Positions 35,462 to 45,222 of a stretch of DNA of 64,000 nt are shown here, one piece after another. Under the pieces are notes generated by a model. That model searched no databases. It saw nothing but the letters and a program-made list of their open reading frames with translations, and was not told the origin of the DNA. The stretch is taken from positions 62,001 to 126,000 of the IMG/VR virus record IMGVR_UViG_3300027771_001853; one strand, written 5' to 3'. The position numbers and the translations under genes are program-made. Numbering within the stretch: position 1 is the first letter of the stretch; the number at the start of each line of letters is the position of its first letter.

Positions 35462-36585
35462 TAAAATCTAAACTTCAAATTAAAGTATGCCGGTTCATTC
35501 TTAAACTTTTGAATTGGTCTATCTGGTTTTGCTATGGCTATTAACTCACCATCGGTATCATATAGACCTATCTCAGTAACAAATGCCGGCTTATTAACAC
35601 TGCTTAAATCATAACTCCCATCTGGATTTATAGTTATGGCCCCACTTAAGTCAGCTGCACTTGGGTTGTGAGTATTGAAGAATTCGTTCGCTTCAGCTCT
35701 ACACTCAACATCTAAAACCCATTGCTTTTCAAAACTAAAATATGAACATTCTGCTACAGAAGTAAAGTAAATCTGTGTAAAACCACTAGAATAACCAGTA
35801 TAACTGACGTTACCATAAAGGTTTGTAGCAGCTGAATATTGGAAGTTACTGTTCAATGTAGGGTGTGTTATAACACAAAACCCTTTATCCAAATAACATA
35901 TACCCACTGGTTCATCTTGTGGTTGTATAGTATTACCAATAGGGTTAGCTGATGCTTTTTTATCACCAGAATTTAGACTAGAGAAATTTTGTAATTGACC
36001 ACCATCCGCATACCCTATAGGTTGTGAAGCTGTCGTCCAACTATCTGACCATGAACTAACATTAGGGTCGGTAGGAGCCTTTATGGTATCTGAAAATAGG
36101 AAAGCTATGTTAGTGGATGGTGAACCTACTGTTGCTGTACCCCCTGCTGATGTGTGACCAAAAACTTCCGCGTATACACTAGGGTCAGAAGAAACATTTA
36201 CACCATCAAAGTAACTAGTGTAACAATCTACACTACTAGTCACCCCATCTGTCGGTATAGTTAATTTTATTGTTCTACCATCTATTAGTTCACCATATTG
36301 ATTTTTTGGTATTTCTACCACGATTGCTTCATCAACATTAAATCCGGACAAAGCTGTATTTCCCCATTCAGTTGACCAGTTTGTTTGTTGGAAATTGGCT
36401 AGTGGTAAATTAAAAGAGGAGTATAGGTGTGAAAATGGTCTGAAGTTACTAGCACTACGTTGTATCTTAGTAAATCTTAGGTTACTTCCATTAATAATAT
36501 TGTACCCATCCAAATTAGGATTGGGTGTAGAATAAGGGGTTATCTCACTGTAAACCTGTTTATCAAATATTGTTTTGTAATTCAT
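35461..36585 (-). CDS. virion structural protein (tail-collar/baseplate-like C-terminus)
   Basis: C-terminal FVTEIGLYDTDGELIAIAKPDRPIQK resembles DUF3751/tail-collar fibre. Confidence 0.65.
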   Translation of the reverse strand: MNYKTIFDKQVYSEITPYSTPNPNLDGYNIINGSNLRFTKIQRSASNFRPFSHLYSSFNLPLANFQQTNWSTEWGNTALSGFNVDEAIVVEIPKNQYGELIDGRTIKLTIPTDGVTSSVDCYTSYFDGVNVSSDPSVYAEVFGHTSAGGTATVGSPSTNIAFLFSDTIKAPTDPNVSSWSDSWTTASQPIGYADGGQLQNFSSLNSGDKKASANPIGNTIQPQDEPVGICYLDKGFCVITHPTLNSNFQYSAATNLYGNVSYTGYSSGFTQIYFTSVAECSYFSFEKQWVLDVECRAEANEFFNTHNPSAADLSGAITINPDGSYDLSSVNKPAFVTEIGLYDTDGELIAIAKPDRPIQKFKNEPAYFNLKFRF

Positions 36586-36610
36586 TTTTTTTAATTTTTA
36601 ATAATTTTAA

Positions 36611-37108
36611 TTAGTACCCTCCACCCATATTCATACCTCCTGAACCACTACCACCACCAACTGGTCTTACAATACCACCACCAGTAGGTGACGGTGTTGT
36701 TGGTTGTATAGTAGGTCTTATGTTAGCAGTAGGGGTAACAGCTACTACGACTATCTCTCCATTATTTGAAACACCTAACGTGTCTCTAGATGGGTAGAAA
36801 AACCTATAGTAATATCTTGGGTCATTTAAAGCCTTATTACTATTAATATACGAAATTGCGTTAGAACTTGAAGCCCAAGTCTTACCTTTTAAATCTGTCC
36901 TACCTATTACGGAATCCACAGAAATGTATTTAGCTGGTTCATATGTGGATATTGTTTCCCCAGCTGTTTTATCGTATACCGCAGTTCTATGTGCCAATTT
37001 TTCCGTATCCGGAATTGGACTTACACCAAAATAAGGTATCTTGGATATCTGAGACCCGTGGTTATCTGGGAATTCTGTTATAAGTGTTCTAATTACGTCT
37101 TGTATCAT
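36611..37108 (-). CDS. hypothetical protein in structural module
   Basis: 165 aa; ATGA overlap with the upstream gene; P/T/G-rich tail ending GGGY. Confidence 0.6.
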   Translation of the reverse strand: MIQDVIRTLITEFPDNHGSQISKIPYFGVSPIPDTEKLAHRTAVYDKTAGETISTYEPAKYISVDSVIGRTDLKGKTWASSSNAISYINSNKALNDPRYYYRFFYPSRDTLGVSNNGEIVVVAVTPTANIRPTIQPTTPSPTGGGIVRPVGGGSGSGGMNMGGGY

Positions 37109-38778
37109 GATAATGTTACTTTTCTAAAGATGCTACCACCAGCATCATTTTTGTTATTTAATGGACTTACCGAATAATCAGTACCCGCTAAATCTTTATA
37201 GTTTTCACCATAGAATTTAACGTCGGTATTACCGAACAATCTCCATCTTGCTGCTTTGGTATTTGTGGAATAATCCCAAGCAACACTTTCTTTCATAGCA
37301 TTTTTATCAAAAATGAAAGTCACACTTATTTTTGCTGGTGCGACATCTGGGAAGTCTGTGGAGTATGCCAATAAATTCATTTTAAAGTTTATGTTGTAGT
37401 TGTTAACACCACCACTTAATGATATGGAATTACTAACATCCGAATCACTATTTAAAGCGGTAAAGAAAGAGTCCATATAATCGTAATGTCTAGTTAACAT
37501 AGTATAAGGTTCCGTAGAACTATCTACGAAGTTTGGTATTAGAGTCTTATCGTACCCTGATGTTGGTGTACCTACTCTATATTCTGCCGTTCCCGCAGCA
37601 AAGGACAAGAATGTTTCTAAAGCTGAGGAGGATTGTGTTAATGTGGTACCTTCAAAATTTGATTGTGGTGTAGCTTTAAATGTATTCTTTTTAACACTAA
37701 CATTTAATTGTTTAACTGGGTTTAAAGGGTAGTAATAACCAAATTTATTATCAGTAGCAATTCTTGCTGCTGGTACAATATTATTAAATTCACCTAAAGT
37801 CCCAGCGTTATTATCGTTTTCCACATACACACCTTGGTAGAATCCACCTTTTTGGTTTGAAAACCCGTACTTGGTGTACGTCGTATCTTGTGGGTTTAAC
37901 CCATCACCTACAACGTAACCATATTCCTGTAATCCAAAAGCGATAGCAAAAGGACCTGCTCCTGCAAAGGCTCTACCATTTGTATCGTAAGAAGATGAAG
38001 TTGTTAAAGAGTATGGTGAACGAATTGTGGTTTTAGTTTGTACACCAATTGTTGCTCCTTTATAAAAATCAGCTCTACCTTGTGAACCATTTTGTTCTAT
38101 TAGTGCCGCTCCTGTTAATTTTTTAAATATATTTAAATCGTATGGTGTCTCTGGTACTAGTTTTACATTGGTACTTTCGTACTGCCCCCCTCTCTGTAAA
38201 ACAATACCATCGTAAATGTCTAAGTAGAAATCCCTACCCAGGTCAGCTAATTTATAATATAAACTAGCCATATCTCTACCTATACTAAAACCTTCACTAT
38301 CAGTGGTTTTTGTAAACCAGTTTTCGTAAGTCTTAGCTGAGAAACCACTCCAAGTTTGGTACTTTGCTTGTGCGTGGGAGAATGCTTTATACAAGACCAT
38401 TAAGTCATGCATATAGATTTCTACATTAGCAGCTTTACTGTATGTCTTAGTTCCTTGATTATCTAGGAACATAAAAGCCATATTACTTTGTTTTTGGGCT
38501 TTATTTAAAGCTGAGCCCATCCCTGTAATATATTCTAGTTTATATTTTATCTCAAAACCATTATTAACACCAAATATACAATCATTATGTGCTCCTGTAA
38601 CATCTGGAACATACCCTGAAGGTAATGGATTAGTGCTGTTTTTATAATCAGTATCTGAATCACCTAATGTAAACTTTGTTATTTTGTCACCTAGACCTCC
38701 TTGCAATAAGAATTCCCTACCATACTCTGTAGTGTGTAAGTCTAAATAAACTGTCGTTGCGCTTGTAATAAAACCCAT
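37105..38778 (-). CDS. virion structural protein
   Basis: N-terminal MGFI...TEYGREFLLQG...FTLGDSDTDY motif shared with 38838-41174 and 41178-43667. Confidence 0.65.
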   Translation of the reverse strand: MGFITSATTVYLDLHTTEYGREFLLQGGLGDKITKFTLGDSDTDYKNSTNPLPSGYVPDVTGAHNDCIFGVNNGFEIKYKLEYITGMGSALNKAQKQSNMAFMFLDNQGTKTYSKAANVEIYMHDLMVLYKAFSHAQAKYQTWSGFSAKTYENWFTKTTDSEGFSIGRDMASLYYKLADLGRDFYLDIYDGIVLQRGGQYESTNVKLVPETPYDLNIFKKLTGAALIEQNGSQGRADFYKGATIGVQTKTTIRSPYSLTTSSSYDTNGRAFAGAGPFAIAFGLQEYGYVVGDGLNPQDTTYTKYGFSNQKGGFYQGVYVENDNNAGTLGEFNNIVPAARIATDNKFGYYYPLNPVKQLNVSVKKNTFKATPQSNFEGTTLTQSSSALETFLSFAAGTAEYRVGTPTSGYDKTLIPNFVDSSTEPYTMLTRHYDYMDSFFTALNSDSDVSNSISLSGGVNNYNINFKMNLLAYSTDFPDVAPAKISVTFIFDKNAMKESVAWDYSTNTKAARWRLFGNTDVKFYGENYKDLAGTDYSVSPLNNKNDAGGSIFRKVTLS

Positions 38779-38837
38779 ATTCGTTTTCTTATTTATATAA
38801 TTATTTTGTTAGCCAATTATATTTCATTAAATTGGCA

Positions 38838-41174
38838 TTAACTTCCTTTTATACTTAACTTCCACCCATATTCGTTGTCCCCACTTACCCTTATTCTAGT
38901 TTTTTTGGTGAAAAGTTGTTGATTATTGTAGTTAACAACACAGTATAAGCAATATTCCTGTACTTCTTTTTGCCAATAATGTTCATTATCTATCTTTTTT
39001 CTTAAGTCATTTAAATAAAATCTATTATTTAATGTTTTTGTTCCGTTCGCTATAATCCATTCTATATCATAATCCCTACACGGTACTGTTATTTCTTGTT
39101 GTAATTTTCTATCATAAATTAATGATTCTCTCATAAACCAATAATAAGATAAAGAGTCCTTAACATTATTTCTAGGAATTATAGCGTTTAGTTCTATATC
39201 GTAATCCAACCTTTCTACCCTATCGGTACTTGACAGATATGCTACTGCTTGCATTACCACTACCACATCTAAACTCATACAGTCTTCGTATCCTAACACC
39301 CATCCTGGTGCTTGTAAAGGGTCTATGAGTGGTGATGTCGCGAAAGGTTGTACCGGTACTCTTAGTGGTCCGGCCATTGGTGTGGATAATCTTAAAGCTG
39401 TACTATATGTACTACCGTCACATAACCTAATTATCTCTGGGTCTGGGTCACATGGTGGGTCCGGACATGGTGAAGTAGTTTGGGTGGTGGTTATGGTTAC
39501 TATTGGTGCACAAGTACTTCCCCTAAATACAGCGGGTAAACAATAACATATGGTACACGCTGTTGATTTGAACATACTTGTCCTCCCGGTACTAGTAGAA
39601 GCCATCGCTAAGTTAAATAAATTAGAATTAGCTGCACCAGTGAATGTATCTACTATAAATGGTGTGTTACCAGTTATCCATTGGTGTCCGGTAAACGGTG
39701 GTGTGGAACTACTGTCAAAACCTAGTGTATAATTTGACCCAGTCATAGCTGAAACTACTGGAGTACAATTGACCCCATTGGTAGAAAAAGATTTTGTTAA
39801 ATCAGCTATAAACCCTAAATTCCTAAGTCCCTTTAAATTTCCTGGACCTTCTAAATCAGTGTTATAATATGGGTTACTAATAGTTAAAGCGTCATAGTCC
39901 ACACATAAATTTGGTGCGTCTGTGTTGGGTGCTGATACTGTCCCCCCAATGCCACCATTTCCTGCTTCTAATGCACCAAATAAGTGTAGGTTGAAACTGG
40001 AGTATTGATTTACCCCCGTCCCTCCGGTACAAGATATAGGAAATATAAGACCCATAAAATTACCGTTTTTAATCCCACCATATGATTTAGTGTTTTTGTA
40101 GAAGTCTAAAGCTCCTTCACCTTCATTATAACTAGATATGTCACCTGGAAGCCAAGTTGTTCCTCTTGAGGTCCAATTACTTGATGAATCCCCCGCAAAA
40201 TATCTCCAATCTTGATAGTAATCACCACCATATCCTGCTTGTGTGGTTAACCCATCCCAGTCACTAGCTACCCCTGTAGGTACAGATGCTGGTATAAGAG
40301 GTTGGGGGGAGGTATAACTCTCTGAACTACCCATAAAGAATATACAAAACACATCACTATCTGGGTTATACGATTCTAGTATTCCCGTACCGTCACCTGG
40401 GGACCAGTTAGCTCCATCTGGCCAAAAATCACTAGCTATAGCATCATCTCTACCAGGTGGTGGACTATTTTTGACTCCAGCTAATAACCCAAATGCTGGG
40501 AAAGCTGACCATCTCAAGTATCTCCCATGCCCACCATAAGTGGAAGGTATTGTATTTGGTTCGTCGGCTGTATCCATAACAAAGTGATACATTTTACCTT
40601 TATATGATGAGTCTGTTGATTGTACTAACCCAAACCATTGAGTAACAGCTGAATAAAAGTTTGCTTGTGCAGCTAACATTGGTGGTGGTGTTTTCGGTAA
40701 TGCTAGTTCTCCTGGTAAAGGTGTGGAAAGTTGGATTGATTGGTCATAAAAAACATACACATTAGTCTCACTACTCATACCAGTCAGTGAAGTCATACCA
40801 GTATAAAACGTACAATGGTCTGTTGTAAAATATCTTTGTCCCCTAACATCTGGCATACCAAAGAAACAAGGCATTGTGTTAGATGGGGTGGTTTGACCAC
40901 TATTAGCTGTATTTGCTCCTTGAGCCCAAGGAGATACTAATGGTATACAAGCTCCAGTACCACCTTCTGAGAGTGTCTCTAAAGTTTCGTAGTTAAAGTC
41001 GTTGTCCGACATATAAAAATGACCGTCACCATTAGCTTGACCGGAAGGGTTTGAAAGCGAACCACCAAGTAGGTCTGATAACCCCTTACCGTTCAATTCT
41101 ACAATCTTTTGTTTACCCCTGTCGGTTAAAAAAAGTTCTAACTGATATTCTCCATTAAATTCAAGAAACCCCAT
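38838..41174 (-). CDS. virion structural protein
   Basis: MGFL...LTDRGKQKI...FYMSDNDFNY N-terminal motif; G/S/T/P-rich. Confidence 0.65.
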   Translation of the reverse strand: MGFLEFNGEYQLELFLTDRGKQKIVELNGKGLSDLLGGSLSNPSGQANGDGHFYMSDNDFNYETLETLSEGGTGACIPLVSPWAQGANTANSGQTTPSNTMPCFFGMPDVRGQRYFTTDHCTFYTGMTSLTGMSSETNVYVFYDQSIQLSTPLPGELALPKTPPPMLAAQANFYSAVTQWFGLVQSTDSSYKGKMYHFVMDTADEPNTIPSTYGGHGRYLRWSAFPAFGLLAGVKNSPPPGRDDAIASDFWPDGANWSPGDGTGILESYNPDSDVFCIFFMGSSESYTSPQPLIPASVPTGVASDWDGLTTQAGYGGDYYQDWRYFAGDSSSNWTSRGTTWLPGDISSYNEGEGALDFYKNTKSYGGIKNGNFMGLIFPISCTGGTGVNQYSSFNLHLFGALEAGNGGIGGTVSAPNTDAPNLCVDYDALTISNPYYNTDLEGPGNLKGLRNLGFIADLTKSFSTNGVNCTPVVSAMTGSNYTLGFDSSSTPPFTGHQWITGNTPFIVDTFTGAANSNLFNLAMASTSTGRTSMFKSTACTICYCLPAVFRGSTCAPIVTITTTQTTSPCPDPPCDPDPEIIRLCDGSTYSTALRLSTPMAGPLRVPVQPFATSPLIDPLQAPGWVLGYEDCMSLDVVVVMQAVAYLSSTDRVERLDYDIELNAIIPRNNVKDSLSYYWFMRESLIYDRKLQQEITVPCRDYDIEWIIANGTKTLNNRFYLNDLRKKIDNEHYWQKEVQEYCLYCVVNYNNQQLFTKKTRIRVSGDNEYGWKLSIKGS

Positions 41175-41177
41175 ATT

Positions 41178-43667
41178 TTAAAAGTCAACTTTGATAACAT
41201 ATTGCTGTGAACCGATTCTTGTTTGTGGACTTTTAAGTTTTCCTATAGCTAATAAATCTTTGTTATTATCAAATAACCCTACTTCCGTAACTCTAACTTT
41301 ACTTGTTGAGTTCCAAGTTGGATTTAGTGATGTAACAAATTGACTGGAATTTAATGTAACATGATATCTCATTTCATATATCGTAGCCATTATATCAGAA
41401 TTTAAGTTGCCGAAGAAAAAGTAATTGTCACCAAACTGTAGTAGATTTGGTTCTTGGCTATTGTTTAATGGAATGTTTATATAATCATGTAAATTATAAT
41501 ATGTAGCTGCACTAGTATTCCATTCCCCTAGTATGTAGCTACCTGTACCTGTAACTAAATTTTTAGCTTCAATAGGAAGACCTACTGTGTGTGTCCCACC
41601 TATTTGGTTTGTAACATCAACTTCAAACCATTGTCCTGGAGATGGTCTATCCCCTAAGGCTGTTATCTGGTATAACACTTTTAAAGTATGAGCTTGCCAC
41701 CCTGTACCCGACATAGATGTGGTACAAGCGGTCATAGTGATTGGTCTTAGGTACGGAAATTCAGCACCAAACGACACCGAAATATCTCTATTACCCATAG
41801 TGGTATCTAAACCTCTCATAATGTTATAGTAATTACAATGTAACCCAGTAGTCATACCGGATAAATTTTGTAATTGGTATGTAAGGTAAAGTTGTTTTTG
41901 TGATGCTATCATTGGTGGGTCAGTTATCACACCACCTAAGGTACCACCAACACAACTAATACCTGGTTCTATAAGTTCTACTTTTGGCATTGGTAATGTC
42001 CAATTCCTCCTAGACTTCATATCTAGGGATGCACATATTTCTTCATCATCAAAAGTTATTATTTTAAGGTCTGGCCAAACTTTACCTACCCTATTAGGTT
42101 TTGAACTCTGCCCTGTTAAATCCCTTACCGGGTTGTTATCCCATAAATGGTAATATCTCAACCCTGGGTCATTCATATCCGGATTAGGGTTAGATTGCAT
42201 GTATTGCACACCTACCTCATTAAACACATTAAATCCTGGTGGGTCTACCCAAAAACATTGACCTATTTCACACTGGTCACCTAAACCAGTACTAGGGTCA
42301 TATGGTACAGAAGCATTTACAGCTGCACTAGCAGTTATTTTCTTGTGCCACATTAACCAAGGTATACAAATTTTAAAATTCTTAGCCTCACCATACCCAT
42401 TTAACTGAGTCCCAGCTACTTCCATAGCAAGTTTTTCACCATAGAAATTAGATATAGTTTGGTTGGTGTAGTGTAGTATCGCTATACATTTTTGGTCCTC
42501 CGGTAATACCGCTCTAACTTTACTAAAAGAATCTCTAACGAATGTTCCAGAAATAATAGATGGGTAATAATCGTCTGGTTGTTGTGTTGTATCAAATTGT
42601 CCCGAATTACTGTTATACCCTAGGTATTCCTTGGTACCACAGTAACCACTTGAACCATAGGTATCTACACTACCATATGTACTTGTATCTACACCAGCTA
42701 ACGTTTCAGTCCAGTTTATATTCATATTCCACATTGGAACATCAGCAACAGAAATATCACAATTATTCTCAAATGATAATGAACCTGGTGACCAATACGG
42801 TACTGGTGTTGTAGCACCGTAATAATTATTCATTGGTCCTGAAGGCATTATTAACGCGTTAACACAGTGTGTTGATGTTGTAGATGCTGAGTAGGGATGT
42901 ACACCACTTCCTCCAGCAGCTGCTGCCCAATTTGGTAGGTAGTCACCAACTGGAAGATACACTTCGGTACCAGTTAAATTACCACCACTAGAAAACTCAG
43001 TAGCTGTATTAGCTGATGTCGCTCCCGACATAAATTGATACCACAGGTAAGGGTTGGCTTGGGTTATATCGAAGGGTAACATACTATCCCAACATCCTGT
43101 ATTTGCTGAAAATAACCCGTCATATTGTATTAGTATAAAATCACCCGGTTGTGGGTAATATGTGTTGGATGTACCGCAATTGGTCACACCACTTAATAAA
43201 GTAATGTATGTCCCACCTGTCATAGCAGATACAGGGAAACACCAATTAGACGATTGGACATAAGTAGAATTGGTGAACGCACTGTATTCACTACCTTCTG
43301 TTTCTGTAGCAGAACTAAAAAAACCTCTAGTTTTTGCTCTATTATATACCGTTGTTTCTGTATGTGCTGGCGTAAGTAAACCATATGTCGACCCACTTTG
43401 TTGTGCCGTAATAGGTATAGGATATTTTACGTTTGCTTTATTTCTTTCATTCGCAGAATTAGAAATATTCTGTGCGTTATATTCTGGTCTTAGTATATTA
43501 ATCCCCGAGGATTCAGGTAAACTATTGGTGTAACAGTCATAACACATCTCACTATCCCCTAATTGGAATAACGAAAAGTTAAGCTGTCCTTGTGATAATT
43601 TTTTCCTACCTGCGTCGGTTAACCGAACGGCTAACAAGCCTGAAGTGCTTTTTATTAGGTAACTCAT
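41178..43667 (-). CDS. virion structural protein (baseplate/tail-collar-like)
   Basis: N-term LTDAGRKKLSQG..FQLGDSE and C-term VRVTEVGLFDNNKDLLAIGKLKSP; TATTTAT at 43685-43691. Confidence 0.7.
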   Translation of the reverse strand: MSYLIKSTSGLLAVRLTDAGRKKLSQGQLNFSLFQLGDSEMCYDCYTNSLPESSGINILRPEYNAQNISNSANERNKANVKYPIPITAQQSGSTYGLLTPAHTETTVYNRAKTRGFFSSATETEGSEYSAFTNSTYVQSSNWCFPVSAMTGGTYITLLSGVTNCGTSNTYYPQPGDFILIQYDGLFSANTGCWDSMLPFDITQANPYLWYQFMSGATSANTATEFSSGGNLTGTEVYLPVGDYLPNWAAAAGGSGVHPYSASTTSTHCVNALIMPSGPMNNYYGATTPVPYWSPGSLSFENNCDISVADVPMWNMNINWTETLAGVDTSTYGSVDTYGSSGYCGTKEYLGYNSNSGQFDTTQQPDDYYPSIISGTFVRDSFSKVRAVLPEDQKCIAILHYTNQTISNFYGEKLAMEVAGTQLNGYGEAKNFKICIPWLMWHKKITASAAVNASVPYDPSTGLGDQCEIGQCFWVDPPGFNVFNEVGVQYMQSNPNPDMNDPGLRYYHLWDNNPVRDLTGQSSKPNRVGKVWPDLKIITFDDEEICASLDMKSRRNWTLPMPKVELIEPGISCVGGTLGGVITDPPMIASQKQLYLTYQLQNLSGMTTGLHCNYYNIMRGLDTTMGNRDISVSFGAEFPYLRPITMTACTTSMSGTGWQAHTLKVLYQITALGDRPSPGQWFEVDVTNQIGGTHTVGLPIEAKNLVTGTGSYILGEWNTSAATYYNLHDYINIPLNNSQEPNLLQFGDNYFFFGNLNSDIMATIYEMRYHVTLNSSQFVTSLNPTWNSTSKVRVTEVGLFDNNKDLLAIGKLKSPQTRIGSQQYVIKVDF

Positions 43668-43709
43668 TCTTAATCTATTTTATGATAAATATTATTCATA
43701 TCTGTTATT

Positions 43710-45221
43710 TTAGTATCCACCTGAACTAATTCCACCCATTCTACCAAATCCTATCCCTGATGGGGTAATATTTCTATCGGTTTTTGCATTATAAAATGTA
43801 CTTGCATCCATCCTAAAGGAAATGGTGGCACTAGCATTACTGGTAACTATTGTTTTATTATTTATTAGTGGGTAGTACGCGTTTTGACATACCTTATAAG
43901 TGTAACTTCCTGGACCTGGGACTATAGCAGGTAAACTTATAGGTTTAGAGTATTCAACCCCTTTAGGTATTTTTTGTGTTTGTGTGCTTACCGTTTGTCC
44001 ACTTGAGTTGTATACGTATAACACATACTCACTATCTATTCTTTTATAATTTTCTACCCTTATATCTATTTTTGGTTCTTTTTCAGTCGCTAAACCTTCT
44101 AAAGTAAAATAAGTCATATAAAAAAGACTAAAGGTATCTCCAGAAGTAAGTCCCCCCGGATAATTAACACCATTTAATTGTATGGTTGTATTATTAACTA
44201 AACTATAATCTCCAGTGTCGGACAAAATAGAACCATTAAACACAACACCAACACTACCATAAGAATCGTAATCTAAATTTACAAAGTAATAGTGACCATT
44301 ATGGAATATAGTGTCTGTGGTTGCACTAGTTACATTATTAGGTACGGTTAAATTCTGTATATGGTAACTTCTACTACTACTAAAGGGAGCGTAAGTCATA
44401 TTAACAGTGTCCCCACTTTCTACCGTATATGGAGCAAAAGTTACTGTGTTTTGTGTGGTAGTATAATCACCATTATTAAATGAAGTATCATATGTTGTTG
44501 TAGGTGTTAATGTCATCCCATTTACCGCTACTTGTGTTGAACCTATATTCCTATAGTCCAGTACAACCGTATAGGCTGACCCGTAAACTAAACAATTACC
44601 GTCGTTAGTGAATCCAAATGAATTTTCATTCGATGTACCTGCTGACCCACAATATTGTATGTCAAATTTTTGTTGGTATAATTTACAATCATTATTTTCA
44701 GGATAAGAAAACCCTACATCCTCAATTACTGGTTTTCCTGGATTTCTAACTACAGCAAAATAATAATCCGTTTCTTCATTATAAAACCCATATTGGGTGT
44801 GTTGGTTTGGGTTGGTATCTAGGGTGTCTAACCAAGTATTACTTTCCCCACTCATTGAGGTGATGGTACAAGGTTTATTACAAATTTTTTCTAATTTATC
44901 CCTATATAGGTAACTAGGTTTAATCATGTATTCCCAAAAATCAAATGAGTCTAGTTGACCCAATAAAAGATTGTCTGACGCTTTTACAACATAACCAGTA
45001 GAACCGGTCATCACGACAAAATTATCAAAAATCTTTGTCATATATGAATGTTGTAAAAACTTATTCTCTTCTGGTAGGTAAGCAAAAATATCTATTTTAG
45101 GTATACCATTCCTATTAACTAACTCGTCATTATTATTAGTCCACTCACAATAAAGTGTAAATGCACTAACCTTTGAAACGTTATATATGTATTGGTCACT
45201 ACGTGGTATTATACTTTCCAT
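43710..45221 (-). CDS. virion structural protein
   Basis: 503 aa with two V.VNG..L....DY beta repeats; ends SGGY. Confidence 0.65.
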   Translation of the reverse strand: MESIIPRSDQYIYNVSKVSAFTLYCEWTNNNDELVNRNGIPKIDIFAYLPEENKFLQHSYMTKIFDNFVVMTGSTGYVVKASDNLLLGQLDSFDFWEYMIKPSYLYRDKLEKICNKPCTITSMSGESNTWLDTLDTNPNQHTQYGFYNEETDYYFAVVRNPGKPVIEDVGFSYPENNDCKLYQQKFDIQYCGSAGTSNENSFGFTNDGNCLVYGSAYTVVLDYRNIGSTQVAVNGMTLTPTTTYDTSFNNGDYTTTQNTVTFAPYTVESGDTVNMTYAPFSSSRSYHIQNLTVPNNVTSATTDTIFHNGHYYFVNLDYDSYGSVGVVFNGSILSDTGDYSLVNNTTIQLNGVNYPGGLTSGDTFSLFYMTYFTLEGLATEKEPKIDIRVENYKRIDSEYVLYVYNSSGQTVSTQTQKIPKGVEYSKPISLPAIVPGPGSYTYKVCQNAYYPLINNKTIVTSNASATISFRMDASTFYNAKTDRNITPSGIGFGRMGGISSGGY

Positions 45222-45222
45222 T

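Noticed and set aside
36611-37108. MIQDVIRTLITE as another packaging leader
   Set aside because: Gene is translationally coupled inside the tail module with no upstream motif; an ITE match is expected by chance
38812-38836. GCCAATT...AATTGGC inverted repeat between structural genes
   Set aside because: AT-rich 7-bp stem with an 11-nt loop; could be chance
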